Shown here: positions 36,071 through 45,075 of the stretch, one piece after another
How the letters are laid out: each line of letters starts with the position of its first letter
Numbering within the stretch: the first letter of the stretch is position 1
Assembly (NCBI GenBank): GCA_027021705.1
Contig: JALUTT010000164.1
Location: 1-64,000, forward strand
Direction: 5' to 3'
Length of the DNA stretch: 64,000 nucleotides
DNA from: Anaerolineae bacterium
GTDB lineage: Bacteria > Chloroflexota > Anaerolineae > S140-20
Program-made: the position numbers and the translations under genes
The notes under the pieces: model-generated
What the model saw: the letters and a program-made list of their open reading frames with translations, nothing else
The model's database searches: none
What the model was told of the DNA's origin: nothing

Positions 36071-38452
36071 ATGTTAACTCGCGTAAGAATGATTCTTCTA
36101 ACGGTGGCCGTACCGTTGGTACTAGCACTGTTGCCAGGCGTGCTCACCGCCGGACATGCCGGTCGTATAGCAGGCAATAAGGGTATGTTTGTTACAGCTC
36201 GTTCCTCTTCTTCTGATGCTTGGAATGTGGAGCTCGTAAGCCAGATTGGCGGTTCTACCCTCGCTGCAGTCGTGAGAGGAGACTACGTCTATATCGGTGA
36301 GGGGCCACGGTTAACGATTCTGGAAGTTTCCACCCCAACCGCTCCGATCGTTCTCGGACGGACTGAGGTATTACCCGGCATAGTCCAAGATATAGCGATA
36401 GCAGGCAACTATGCTTACATTGCCGACGCCCAGGGAGGCTTACGCATCGTAGATGTCTCTAATCCAGCTGCCCCTAGTGAGTTGGGAATCTTTGACACAA
36501 CAGGGATAGTTCAAGGAGTGGCCGTAGCTGGAAGCTACGCCTATATCGTGGACTATAAGGATGGCCTGTACATCATTGACATCTCTAATCCAGCCACTCC
36601 TAAAGAAGCCGGATTCTACGCAACACCAAGCACTGCTCTGGGCGTGGCCGTAGCAGGAAGGTATGCTTACATCGCGGACTACGACAGCGGCTTGCATATC
36701 ATTGATGTCTCTAATCCGGCCACCCCCAGGAGGATAGGATCTTATGATACGCCCGGTCACGCCCAAAATGTGACAGTGGTCGGCAGATATGCTTATGTTG
36801 CAGATTACTGGGGTGGGGTGCGCATTATTGACGTCTCCGACCCATCAACTCCCATTGAGGTGAGCAACTTCCAAACAACATCAGGACCAGGAGGCCCGGT
36901 AGATGTGGCAGTGGCCGGAAACTACGCCTACATCGCTGATTATGGAGGCGGCCTCCATATCCTAAACGTCTCCAACCCTGCTCTTCCCACCGAAGTGGGT
37001 GCTTACGATACCACGAGCCTACTCGCAGGCATCGCGGTGACCGGCACCTATGCTTACGCTGCTGCTTGGAGTGGTGGTCTACACATTGTTGACATCTCCA
37101 ACCCTGCTTTACCCTCAGAAGTAGGAGCCTATGATCCACCGGGATACACCGAGGGCTTAACCGTGTCCAAGGGCTATGCCTACATAGCTGATTATAGCGC
37201 CGGGTTGCGCATCATTGATGTCTCTCAACCTACCACTCCCATCCAAGTAGGTACCTACACGACACCGGGACTCGGCCGAAACGTGACTGTGGTCGGCGAC
37301 TACGCCTATGTGGCCGATGGCGATCTACATATCATCGAGGTCTCCAATCCCGCCGCTCCCGTCGGGGTAAGCACTCATACCACACCAGGGGCAGCGTGGA
37401 ACACAGCCCTCGACGGAGACTACCTCTATGTTGCCAACTACGGCACCGGTCTGAGCATCATCAATGTCTCCAACCCTTCAGCTCCCACCGATGTCAGCTT
37501 CCTCGCTATGCCGGGAGGAGCTTTCGACGTGGCAGTAGTGGGAAACTATGCCTATGTCGCCAATGCTCCTACGTGGAGTGGGGATCACTGGATAGGCGCC
37601 GGCCTGCGCATCCTCGATGTCTCCAATCCAGCAGATCCCAGTGAGGTCAGCTTCTATGCTACACCAGGGCTTGCCCGCGAGGTCACTGTGGCCAAGGGAT
37701 ATGCTTACATCGCCGATGGGGGCCCCGGCCTTCGTATCCTTGATGTCTCCAACCCGACTGCTCCCAGCGAGATAGGATCTTTTACATCTGGACTTGCTAT
37801 GGGAGTGTCTATAGCTTGGAATTATGCTTTCATCACTGGGAGTAAATTATACGTCATTGACATCTCCGACCCTGCATCCCCCCGGGAAGTAGGCTCTTAC
37901 ACCACATCAGGAGGCGGAGGTGTGGAGATAGCCGGACACTACGCCTACGTTGCTGACGGGAGCGGAGGACTGCTCATTCTGAAGCCTCCACTGCCTATCT
38001 CAGCCACCATCTCCAGCGACAATGGCGTTCTCTCCTCTACAGTAGATAACACTGCTTACTTCTTTCCAACGGGGACCTTCACTGCCCCCGTACTTATCAC
38101 CCATACCATCCGATTCCCCAAAGATGCTCCCCTGCCAAGAGATTTGGTGGGTATCGGCCACTACTTTAGGACCACAGCGACATACAGTGGGACCGGTCGG
38201 CCAGCTCAGATTGCGCAGCCCTACACCATCACTGTGAGATACACTGAAGCAGCAAGAGGAACGGCTATGGAGAGCACGTTGGCCCTCTACTGGTGGAATG
38301 AGGAAGCAAAACAGTGGTCTCGGCAGGGTATTACCAGCACGGTGAACACGGCTACTAACCAAATCACCACCCAAGTGGACCGTCTCGCCTTTTTCGCCGT
38401 GCTGGGAGAGACCCAACGAGTCTACCTGCCGTTGACATCGAAAGGGCCATAA
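36071..38452 (+). CDS. Secreted LVIVD-repeat protein with ZU5-like domain and C-terminal VYLPLTSK
   Basis: Signal peptide and ~14 LVIVD repeats. YTE...ESTLALYWWN...W...TTQVDRLAFFAVLG. Confidence 0.9.
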   Translation: MLTRVRMILLTVAVPLVLALLPGVLTAGHAGRIAGNKGMFVTARSSSSDAWNVELVSQIGGSTLAAVVRGDYVYIGEGPRLTILEVSTPTAPIVLGRTEVLPGIVQDIAIAGNYAYIADAQGGLRIVDVSNPAAPSELGIFDTTGIVQGVAVAGSYAYIVDYKDGLYIIDISNPATPKEAGFYATPSTALGVAVAGRYAYIADYDSGLHIIDVSNPATPRRIGSYDTPGHAQNVTVVGRYAYVADYWGGVRIIDVSDPSTPIEVSNFQTTSGPGGPVDVAVAGNYAYIADYGGGLHILNVSNPALPTEVGAYDTTSLLAGIAVTGTYAYAAAWSGGLHIVDISNPALPSEVGAYDPPGYTEGLTVSKGYAYIADYSAGLRIIDVSQPTTPIQVGTYTTPGLGRNVTVVGDYAYVADGDLHIIEVSNPAAPVGVSTHTTPGAAWNTALDGDYLYVANYGTGLSIINVSNPSAPTDVSFLAMPGGAFDVAVVGNYAYVANAPTWSGDHWIGAGLRILDVSNPADPSEVSFYATPGLAREVTVAKGYAYIADGGPGLRILDVSNPTAPSEIGSFTSGLAMGVSIAWNYAFITGSKLYVIDISDPASPREVGSYTTSGGGGVEIAGHYAYVADGSGGLLILKPPLPISATISSDNGVLSSTVDNTAYFFPTGTFTAPVLITHTIRFPKDAPLPRDLVGIGHYFRTTATYSGTGRPAQIAQPYTITVRYTEAARGTAMESTLALYWWNEEAKQWSRQGITSTVNTATNQITTQVDRLAFFAVLGETQRVYLPLTSKGP

Positions 38453-38607
38453 CCTGGATTCCCCCCCCGTCCTGGAGGCCCAACATCGAGACTGCGACCT
38501 TACCTGAAATCTAACAATCTAACAACGGGTTGGGTGTGATCCCCCCTTAGCCACGCTCAAGACGTTAAGGTGACCAAATCGCGATAGATCCGAAGGAGGG
38601 CTCGAAA

Positions 38608-41600
38608 ATGCGCGATGTTTCTAGGGCTGTCCGGCTGATGATGCTCATCGTCGTCCTCGCCGGGATGGTGTACCTCCTCTTGTGGGGGCTCTCTATCTAC
38701 GCCGCCGAAGGAGCACGCCTCCCCGCCGAGACAAAGGCCCGCGAGGATGCCGTCCTCCAGGAGGCCCTCGCCCCCGGCACCTCCCCGGTGATGACCTTCG
38801 CATCCGCCAACGTCGTCCTGACCGTCACTGTGGAGGCCACTTCTACCGTAGCCTGGGGAGAAGTGGCTTACTTCGTCAACTACTCCGTCAGCGACTCTCC
38901 CGCCCCCAGCGCCACCCTGGTCTTCACGATGCCGGTGACCTCCTACACCTACGATGGGGTGCGCTACGAGTACCAGGCCGACTGGGCCGGGTTCGCCACG
39001 GGCGATTACACCTATGATTATGCCTCCCGTCGGATCATCTGGACCTTGGGTACGGTGCCGGACGGCACGGCGGGGCAGGAGATGGTCATCGTACGGTTTC
39101 CCGCCGGTCCTCTTGATGGCAGCGTCTTTCGGACCACGGCGGCCTTTGGGGATGCAGGGGGAACCCACATCACGGCGGATGCCCCCCCTGTCATCATCCG
39201 CACCGAGGCCCTGGTCCAGCTGGAGAGCATCTACCCAGGGGAAGTATGCCCCGCGCGATCCATCCACTACTCACTGATCACCCGCAACACCGGCACCAGC
39301 GACCTCTTCAACCTGGTGCTCACCGACACCCTGCCGACCGGCATCACCCTGATCACGGCGACTATGCCTTTCAGTCAGGCCGGTTCGGTGATCACTTGGA
39401 CGTTCCCCTATCTACCTGTAGGCGACGATTGGCTGGTTGACGTGGTCATCACAACCGATGCAAGCCTAGCAGGAACAAGCGTTCCCAACCTGGCCCGCGT
39501 CACGTGTGACCAGAACACTTCAGACGATGCCCAGTATGACATCCAGGTCCTACAGCCCTACCTCATCCTATCCAAACAAGGCCCTTCTTACATCCGCCCA
39601 GGGGATACCTTCACCTACTGCATCAAGCTCCAGGGCAGCTGCATTTCAGGACAGGCTGTGATGACAGACACCTTGCCGGTCGGGCTGACGGCAATCACGG
39701 CCACACCACCCTACACGTTGGCCGGAAACCAGGTCATTTGGCCCCACGTGAGTGTGGACCGGCTCTACACCCTTACGGTTCAGGCAGATAACGGCCTCGC
39801 CTTGGGCACAGCTGTGACCAATCTCGCTGAAGCCTTAGATCCAGGAGTCTTTACGGTCTCTATGACCCACTTCGCTTTGGTGACGCCAACAGTGCCCTTA
39901 GAAGCCGACAAATTCAGATACTCCGTGTACGCCTCAGTTGGCTTCTTCCGTATAAAGCTTGCCAACTCGAGCACAACTCCCGTCACCGACCTAGACATCG
40001 TAGATCGAGTGCCCACGAACACTCTTTTCACCTACGCCACCTCGACACGCTGTTCCTGCTGGTGCTTCGCTCCCACCGTATCCATCAGTGTACATTACAC
40101 CCCCTCTCTGGCGGCACCTCCCCTCGACGATCCTGGATGGCTGCCCTATTCAGGAGGCAGCGGGCCCTACGGCTCCGAGACCCGGTGGGTCCGCTGGCAT
40201 ATCCCTTCCCTGGCTTATCAGTGCACAACGTTGGAGATAGGGGTTCTGCACCTCGGTCTCCCCGAGGGCACTCTCATCTACAACACTGCCTGGTACACCA
40301 GCCCCCAGGCCTCCGGCATCCTCACGGCTACCTATACCGTCCCACCCCAACCTCCCCTCTACCTCTCCACTTGGGCCTACCCCTCCCTGGTCAGCCCTGA
40401 CCAGGAGGTCGAGTTTGGGATTGAGTATTGGAACCCTACCAACATCTCGGCCACCCACACCCTCCTCACCTCCACCCTCCCCATCACCGCCAGCTTCGTC
40501 AGCGCCGATCAGGGTGGGACCTACATCTCTAAAACCCATCAGGTCGTCTGGGACCTGGACACCCTCGGTCCTGACAAGCGGGGCATCGTGACCGTGCGCG
40601 TCTTCGTCCCCCGAGGCACCCTCGACCGCTCCCCCATCTGCCACCAGGCCCTCCTCAGCTCCGCCGAGCACCCAACGGCGGGACCCAAGGAAGCGTGCAG
40701 CACCGTGCGGGCCAGGCTGGTCTTCAAAGTCACCAAGGAGAGCGACAGCCCCATCTACCTCCCCGGCAGCACCGTCACCTACACCCTCACCTACCGCAAC
40801 ATCGGCGACGGCGCCGTCGCCCACCTCAGCGTCCTGGACCGCCTCCCCAAGGAGATGACCTTCGTCACCGCCACCGCCTCCCCCGACGAGAAACTCCTCT
40901 TCAGCGACAACCCCGCCTCCTCCGACGCCCCGCCCCCCCTCGACGACCCCTCCTGGACCCCCCATCCCCCCACCAGAACCACCTGGGTCCGCTGGAAACG
41001 CCTTGCCCCCGTCCAGATCGAAACCACCTACGCGATGACCCTCGTCCTGCGCAACCAGCCCACCTCCCCCATCGGCACCCAGATCACCAACACCGTCATC
41101 ATCGTGGGGGAAAACCTCCCCTTCGCCCGCACCGCCCAGAGCATCCACCTGGTCGAGCAGATCCCTCACGTCTACCCCGTCTACCTCCCCCTCATCGTCA
41201 AGCCGGCCGCCCTGCCCGACCTCATCGTCCGCTCCCTCACCGTCCAACCCTCCTCCCTTTGGGCCGGCCAGCCCGCCTCCATCACCCTCCTCATCGAGAA
41301 CATCGGCACCGCCCCCGCCAACGGCCCCTTCTGGGTGGACCTCTACATCAACCCCGACCCCGCCCTGATGCCCCCCAAGACCAACCAGACCTGGGACCAG
41401 GCCGGCAGTCAGTTCGGCATCGCCTGGCTCATCACCCCCTCCCTCTCCCTCGCCCCAGGCGACCAGATCACCCTCACCTCTCAAGACTACGCCGACGACT
41501 GGAGCTTCTGGCCCGGCTACTTCACCCGGGTCGGCGACCAGGTCCTCTACGCTCAGGTGGACTCCTACAACGGCTCTTCCCCCTTCGCCGCCGTCGAGGA

Positions 41601-41748
41601 GTCGGACGAGAGCAACAACGCCTTCGGCCCGGTCTTGGTTCCCGTCGTCTGCCCTGTCACCTTGGGCGAGAGCTGCCTCCCCCTGGAGGACCAGGGCTTC
41701 GACCAGTCCTTCCGGCCTGCACCCCGGCCTCTCCGGCCTCGACCTTAG
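38608..41748 (+). CDS. Secreted DUF11-repeat protein, internal VYLPLIVK motif, CARDB-like domain
   Basis: AAGGAGG RBS. Repeated (K)...Y.I...N.G....L.DTLP units. The last ~190 aa are nearly identical to the 22722 protein. Confidence 0.9.
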   Translation: MRDVSRAVRLMMLIVVLAGMVYLLLWGLSIYAAEGARLPAETKAREDAVLQEALAPGTSPVMTFASANVVLTVTVEATSTVAWGEVAYFVNYSVSDSPAPSATLVFTMPVTSYTYDGVRYEYQADWAGFATGDYTYDYASRRIIWTLGTVPDGTAGQEMVIVRFPAGPLDGSVFRTTAAFGDAGGTHITADAPPVIIRTEALVQLESIYPGEVCPARSIHYSLITRNTGTSDLFNLVLTDTLPTGITLITATMPFSQAGSVITWTFPYLPVGDDWLVDVVITTDASLAGTSVPNLARVTCDQNTSDDAQYDIQVLQPYLILSKQGPSYIRPGDTFTYCIKLQGSCISGQAVMTDTLPVGLTAITATPPYTLAGNQVIWPHVSVDRLYTLTVQADNGLALGTAVTNLAEALDPGVFTVSMTHFALVTPTVPLEADKFRYSVYASVGFFRIKLANSSTTPVTDLDIVDRVPTNTLFTYATSTRCSCWCFAPTVSISVHYTPSLAAPPLDDPGWLPYSGGSGPYGSETRWVRWHIPSLAYQCTTLEIGVLHLGLPEGTLIYNTAWYTSPQASGILTATYTVPPQPPLYLSTWAYPSLVSPDQEVEFGIEYWNPTNISATHTLLTSTLPITASFVSADQGGTYISKTHQVVWDLDTLGPDKRGIVTVRVFVPRGTLDRSPICHQALLSSAEHPTAGPKEACSTVRARLVFKVTKESDSPIYLPGSTVTYTLTYRNIGDGAVAHLSVLDRLPKEMTFVTATASPDEKLLFSDNPASSDAPPPLDDPSWTPHPPTRTTWVRWKRLAPVQIETTYAMTLVLRNQPTSPIGTQITNTVIIVGENLPFARTAQSIHLVEQIPHVYPVYLPLIVKPAALPDLIVRSLTVQPSSLWAGQPASITLLIENIGTAPANGPFWVDLYINPDPALMPPKTNQTWDQAGSQFGIAWLITPSLSLAPGDQITLTSQDYADDWSFWPGYFTRVGDQVLYAQVDSYNGSSPFAAVEESDESNNAFGPVLVPVVCPVTLGESCLPLEDQGFDQSFRPAPRPLRPRP

Positions 41749-42183
41749 AGGCTGTCACCCTCCCGCAGGTCACGCGGTGCCCGGCGACAGCGATGGTTTA
41801 TCGGAGGCTGCCTATGACGCGCTTCAGACCGTGGGGGGAACCTGCGGGAGGGTTAGCTTAGCAAACGCTCAACGCTCTTGGAGGAAAGAACGATGGAGAA
41901 GAGAGGACTTCGATGGTTCGTGCTGATGGCCTTTCTGGCCGGCCTGCTGGTGGTAGGGCTTCCCGGTCGGGGGGTGGCGGCGTTGGGGGTGGGGGTGCAG
42001 TTGACGCCCCGGCCGACGGTGCCGCCGGGCACGGTGCCTCCGCCGACGCCCTGCCCGCCGACCTCGACGCCGGCGTTGGCTCCTTCACCGACGCCGACCT
42101 CGGTGGTCATCCTGCCCGAGGCCGGGGCTGCCCCGTCCGGTCCTGGGGTCTCGCTTCTGCTCGTCCTGGGCCTGCTGGCGGTG
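41173..42183. repeat. ~1 kb direct repeat, copy 2 (partner 23460-24492)
   Basis: As copy 1, with a 30-bp in-frame deletion in the PT stalk. Confidence 0.95.
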
Positions 42184-42255
42184 GGAGCCGGGCTGGCCTG
42201 CAAGGGCAAGGGATGGAAGGCAAAGGCGTGTTTGTGTTGGAGGTGTTACCAATGA
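41893..42255 (+). CDS. Small sortase-type substrate, LPEAG (copy 2)
   Basis: GGAGG RBS and ATG 41893. The tail differs (CKGKGWKAKACLCWRCYQ). The stop overlaps the next start (ATGA). Confidence 0.8.
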   Translation: MEKRGLRWFVLMAFLAGLLVVGLPGRGVAALGVGVQLTPRPTVPPGTVPPPTPCPPTSTPALAPSPTPTSVVILPEAGAAPSGPGVSLLLVLGLLAVGAGLACKGKGWKAKACLCWRCYQ

Positions 42256-44957
42256 CCACCCCAAGATCCGCTCTGCTCACCCTGCTCACCCTGCTCGCTC
42301 TCCTGCTCAGCTTTGTTTCACCACCCAGACCGCCGAATGGGGCCTTGGGCGACGCCGATGCCGCCGACGCCCCCTCCCCCGGCACTCCCGGCGCCCTCGG
42401 CAACTCGGCGCTTCAAACGCCCCCCGACACCGCCACCCGCGCCCGCGTGAAAGCCCTCCTCAACCAACTCCCCCTCTACTTCGTCGAGAACCAGGGCCAG
42501 GCGGACGAACAGGTGGACTTCTACATCAAAGGCCACGACAAAACCATCTACTTCACCCCCCAGGGCCTCACCTTCGTCCTCACCGAACACCGCCCGGCCG
42601 ACGACGAGCCTCGCTCACCCTTCGCCCGTTCGCCACTCGGTCCTCGCCACCTGCCACCCGCCACCCGCTGGGTCATCAAACTGGACTTCGTGGACGCCAA
42701 CCTCGACGTGCATCCCGTGGGTGAGGAGAAGGCCGACGCCGTTGTCTCCTACTTCAAGGGCTCCCCTGACCAATGGCACACCGGCATCCCCACCTACCGC
42801 CGCATCGTCTACAAGGACCTGTGGCCGGGGATTGACCTGGCCTTCACCGGCACGGTCAACGAGCTCAAGTACGAGTTCATCGTCCGTCCGGGGGCGGACC
42901 CGGGCCGGATTCGTCTGGCCTACCGGGGTGCGGAGGTGGCTCAGGCCGCCGACGGCCAACTGGAGGTCGCCACCCCCATCGGCGGCTTCACCGACGCGCC
43001 CCCCGTCGCCTACCAGGAGATCGAAGGCCGCCGGGTGCCTGTGTCGGTGGCTTACGACCTGGCTTCTCCGGTCGCCGACCCGCAACCTGCAACCCGCCAC
43101 GTACAATTCGCCGTCGGCCCCTACGACCCCACCCGCCCGTTGGTGCTCGACCCTGCCATCTTGATCTACTGCGGCTACATCGGCGGCGCGGACAATGACC
43201 ATGGCTCTGACATCGCCGTGGACGGGGCAGGGAACGCCTACGTCGTGGGCTGGACCTCCTCTTCCGAAAGCGAGGGCTTCCCGGTGGCCGGAGGGCCGGA
43301 CCCGACCTACAACGGCGACGGGGATGCCTTTGTGGCGAAGGTGCGGGCCGACGGGACGGGGCTGACCTACTGCGGCTACATCGGCGGCGCGGACTGGGAC
43401 CAAGGCTCTGGTATCGCCGTAGATGAAGCAGGCAACACCTACGTTGTCGGCTGGACCACCTCTTCCGAGGATGAGGGTTTCCCCGTAACCACCGGGCCGG
43501 ACCTGACTTACAATGGCGACGGTACTTTCGGTGGAGACACCTTCGTGGCCAAAGTAGATGCCAACGGGACAAGGCTGGATTATTGTGGCTACATCGGCGG
43601 ATCGGACGATGACTGGGGCTACGGAGTTGCGGTGGACCAGGCAGGGAGTGCCTACATCGCAGGTCGGACTTGGTCCTCTGCTAGTGAAGGCTTTCCCGTG
43701 GTCGTCGGGCCGGACCTGACTTACAACGGCGATGGCATTTACGGGGGAGGGGATGCCTTTGTGGCCAAGGTACGGGCCGACGGGACAGGATTGGATTACT
43801 GCGGTTACATCGGTGGGTCGGACGGAGACGCAGGCCGGGACATTGCTGTGGACGGTGGAGGAAATGCCTACGTTGTAGGCGACACCGGATCCTCTAAGAA
43901 TGCGGGCTTCCCTGTGACCGTTGGACCGGACCTGACCTACAACGGCGACTGGGACGTTTTTGTGGCAAAAGTGCAAGCCGACGGGATGGGTCTGATTTAC
44001 TGCGGCTATATCGGCGGATCGGACCCCGAGTGGGGTTACGGCATTGCAGTGGACAAAGCAGGGAACGCCTACGTCACAGGTGGTACCTCCTCCGCCGAAA
44101 GTGAAGGCTTTCCTGTAACCGTCGGGCCGGACCTTACCTACAACGGTGGCTACTATGGGGATGCTTTTGTGGCGAAAGTGCGAGCCGACGGAATGGGGCT
44201 GGATTACTGCGGTTACATCGGCGGACCAGGTAACGATGAAGGCAACAGCGTTGCAGTGGACATGGCAGGAAATGCCTATGTCGTGGGGAGCACCACCTCT
44301 CCCGAAAGTGAGGGCTTCCCTGTGACCGTTGGACCGGACCTGACCTACAACGGCGGCCTGGATGCCTTCATAGCCAGGGTACGGGCCGACGGGACGGGGT
44401 TGGACTACTGCGGTTACATCGGCGGACCGGGTGACGATAGAGGCGACGGCGTTGCCGTGGACAAAGCAGGAAATGCCTACGTCGTGGGGGGCACCACCTC
44501 TCCTGAAGACGAAGGTTTCCCTGTGACCATCGGGCCAGACCTGACCTACCATGGCAAGGGTGATGCCTTCGTCGCCAAGGTGAGCACGAGCGCCAGGCCT
44601 GCGTTGATCTCCTTCAGCCTATCCACTGCCTCAGCGGTCCCTACCGGTCAGCCGCTGACAACTATCGTCCACGTACGGAACGCCAGCACAACCTCTCAGG
44701 ATGCAACGCTCACCCTCTTACTCCGGCAAGGAAGCACCGTTCTGAGCACACGCACTCTCACCCTCTCTCTGGCTGCCGACACGGCCGCCAAGTGGATAAC
44801 CAGCTTTGGTTCGCGTCGCCCCGGACGGTATCGAATGGAAGCCATTCTTGCAGTCAACGGAACGGTCCTGGCCTCTCAAGGTCGTGACATCCTGATCACC
44901 GCTCCCAATGCTCCGCGTTGGGTTCTAGACCACGCGGACGACGTCGAAGCAACGTGA
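42252..44957 (+). CDS. Secreted SBBP beta-propeller protein (possibly 3'-truncated)
   Basis: GGAGGTG RBS and ATG 42252 (MTTPRSALLTLL). Seven YCGYIGG repeats and one Ig-like domain. Ends abruptly without a sorting motif. Confidence 0.85.
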   Translation: MTTPRSALLTLLTLLALLLSFVSPPRPPNGALGDADAADAPSPGTPGALGNSALQTPPDTATRARVKALLNQLPLYFVENQGQADEQVDFYIKGHDKTIYFTPQGLTFVLTEHRPADDEPRSPFARSPLGPRHLPPATRWVIKLDFVDANLDVHPVGEEKADAVVSYFKGSPDQWHTGIPTYRRIVYKDLWPGIDLAFTGTVNELKYEFIVRPGADPGRIRLAYRGAEVAQAADGQLEVATPIGGFTDAPPVAYQEIEGRRVPVSVAYDLASPVADPQPATRHVQFAVGPYDPTRPLVLDPAILIYCGYIGGADNDHGSDIAVDGAGNAYVVGWTSSSESEGFPVAGGPDPTYNGDGDAFVAKVRADGTGLTYCGYIGGADWDQGSGIAVDEAGNTYVVGWTTSSEDEGFPVTTGPDLTYNGDGTFGGDTFVAKVDANGTRLDYCGYIGGSDDDWGYGVAVDQAGSAYIAGRTWSSASEGFPVVVGPDLTYNGDGIYGGGDAFVAKVRADGTGLDYCGYIGGSDGDAGRDIAVDGGGNAYVVGDTGSSKNAGFPVTVGPDLTYNGDWDVFVAKVQADGMGLIYCGYIGGSDPEWGYGIAVDKAGNAYVTGGTSSAESEGFPVTVGPDLTYNGGYYGDAFVAKVRADGMGLDYCGYIGGPGNDEGNSVAVDMAGNAYVVGSTTSPESEGFPVTVGPDLTYNGGLDAFIARVRADGTGLDYCGYIGGPGDDRGDGVAVDKAGNAYVVGGTTSPEDEGFPVTIGPDLTYHGKGDAFVAKVSTSARPALISFSLSTASAVPTGQPLTTIVHVRNASTTSQDATLTLLLRQGSTVLSTRTLTLSLAADTAAKWITSFGSRRPGRYRMEAILAVNGTVLASQGRDILITAPNAPRWVLDHADDVEAT

Positions 44958-45075
44958 TACTGCCTAGCGGCCTCGATAAGGTGCTTTTCAGAACCCTGCT
45001 TGCTCCTCTACCGCTTCAAGCAACCTGGTTGAAGAGGGCCACCGCACGACAAAATATGCTCACGGGAGGTGATTG

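Noticed and set aside
23460..42183. Diversity-generating retroelement as the explanation for the duplicated cassette
   Set aside because: Both copies are coding, the differences do not appear adenine-specific, and there is no reverse transcriptase in the window.
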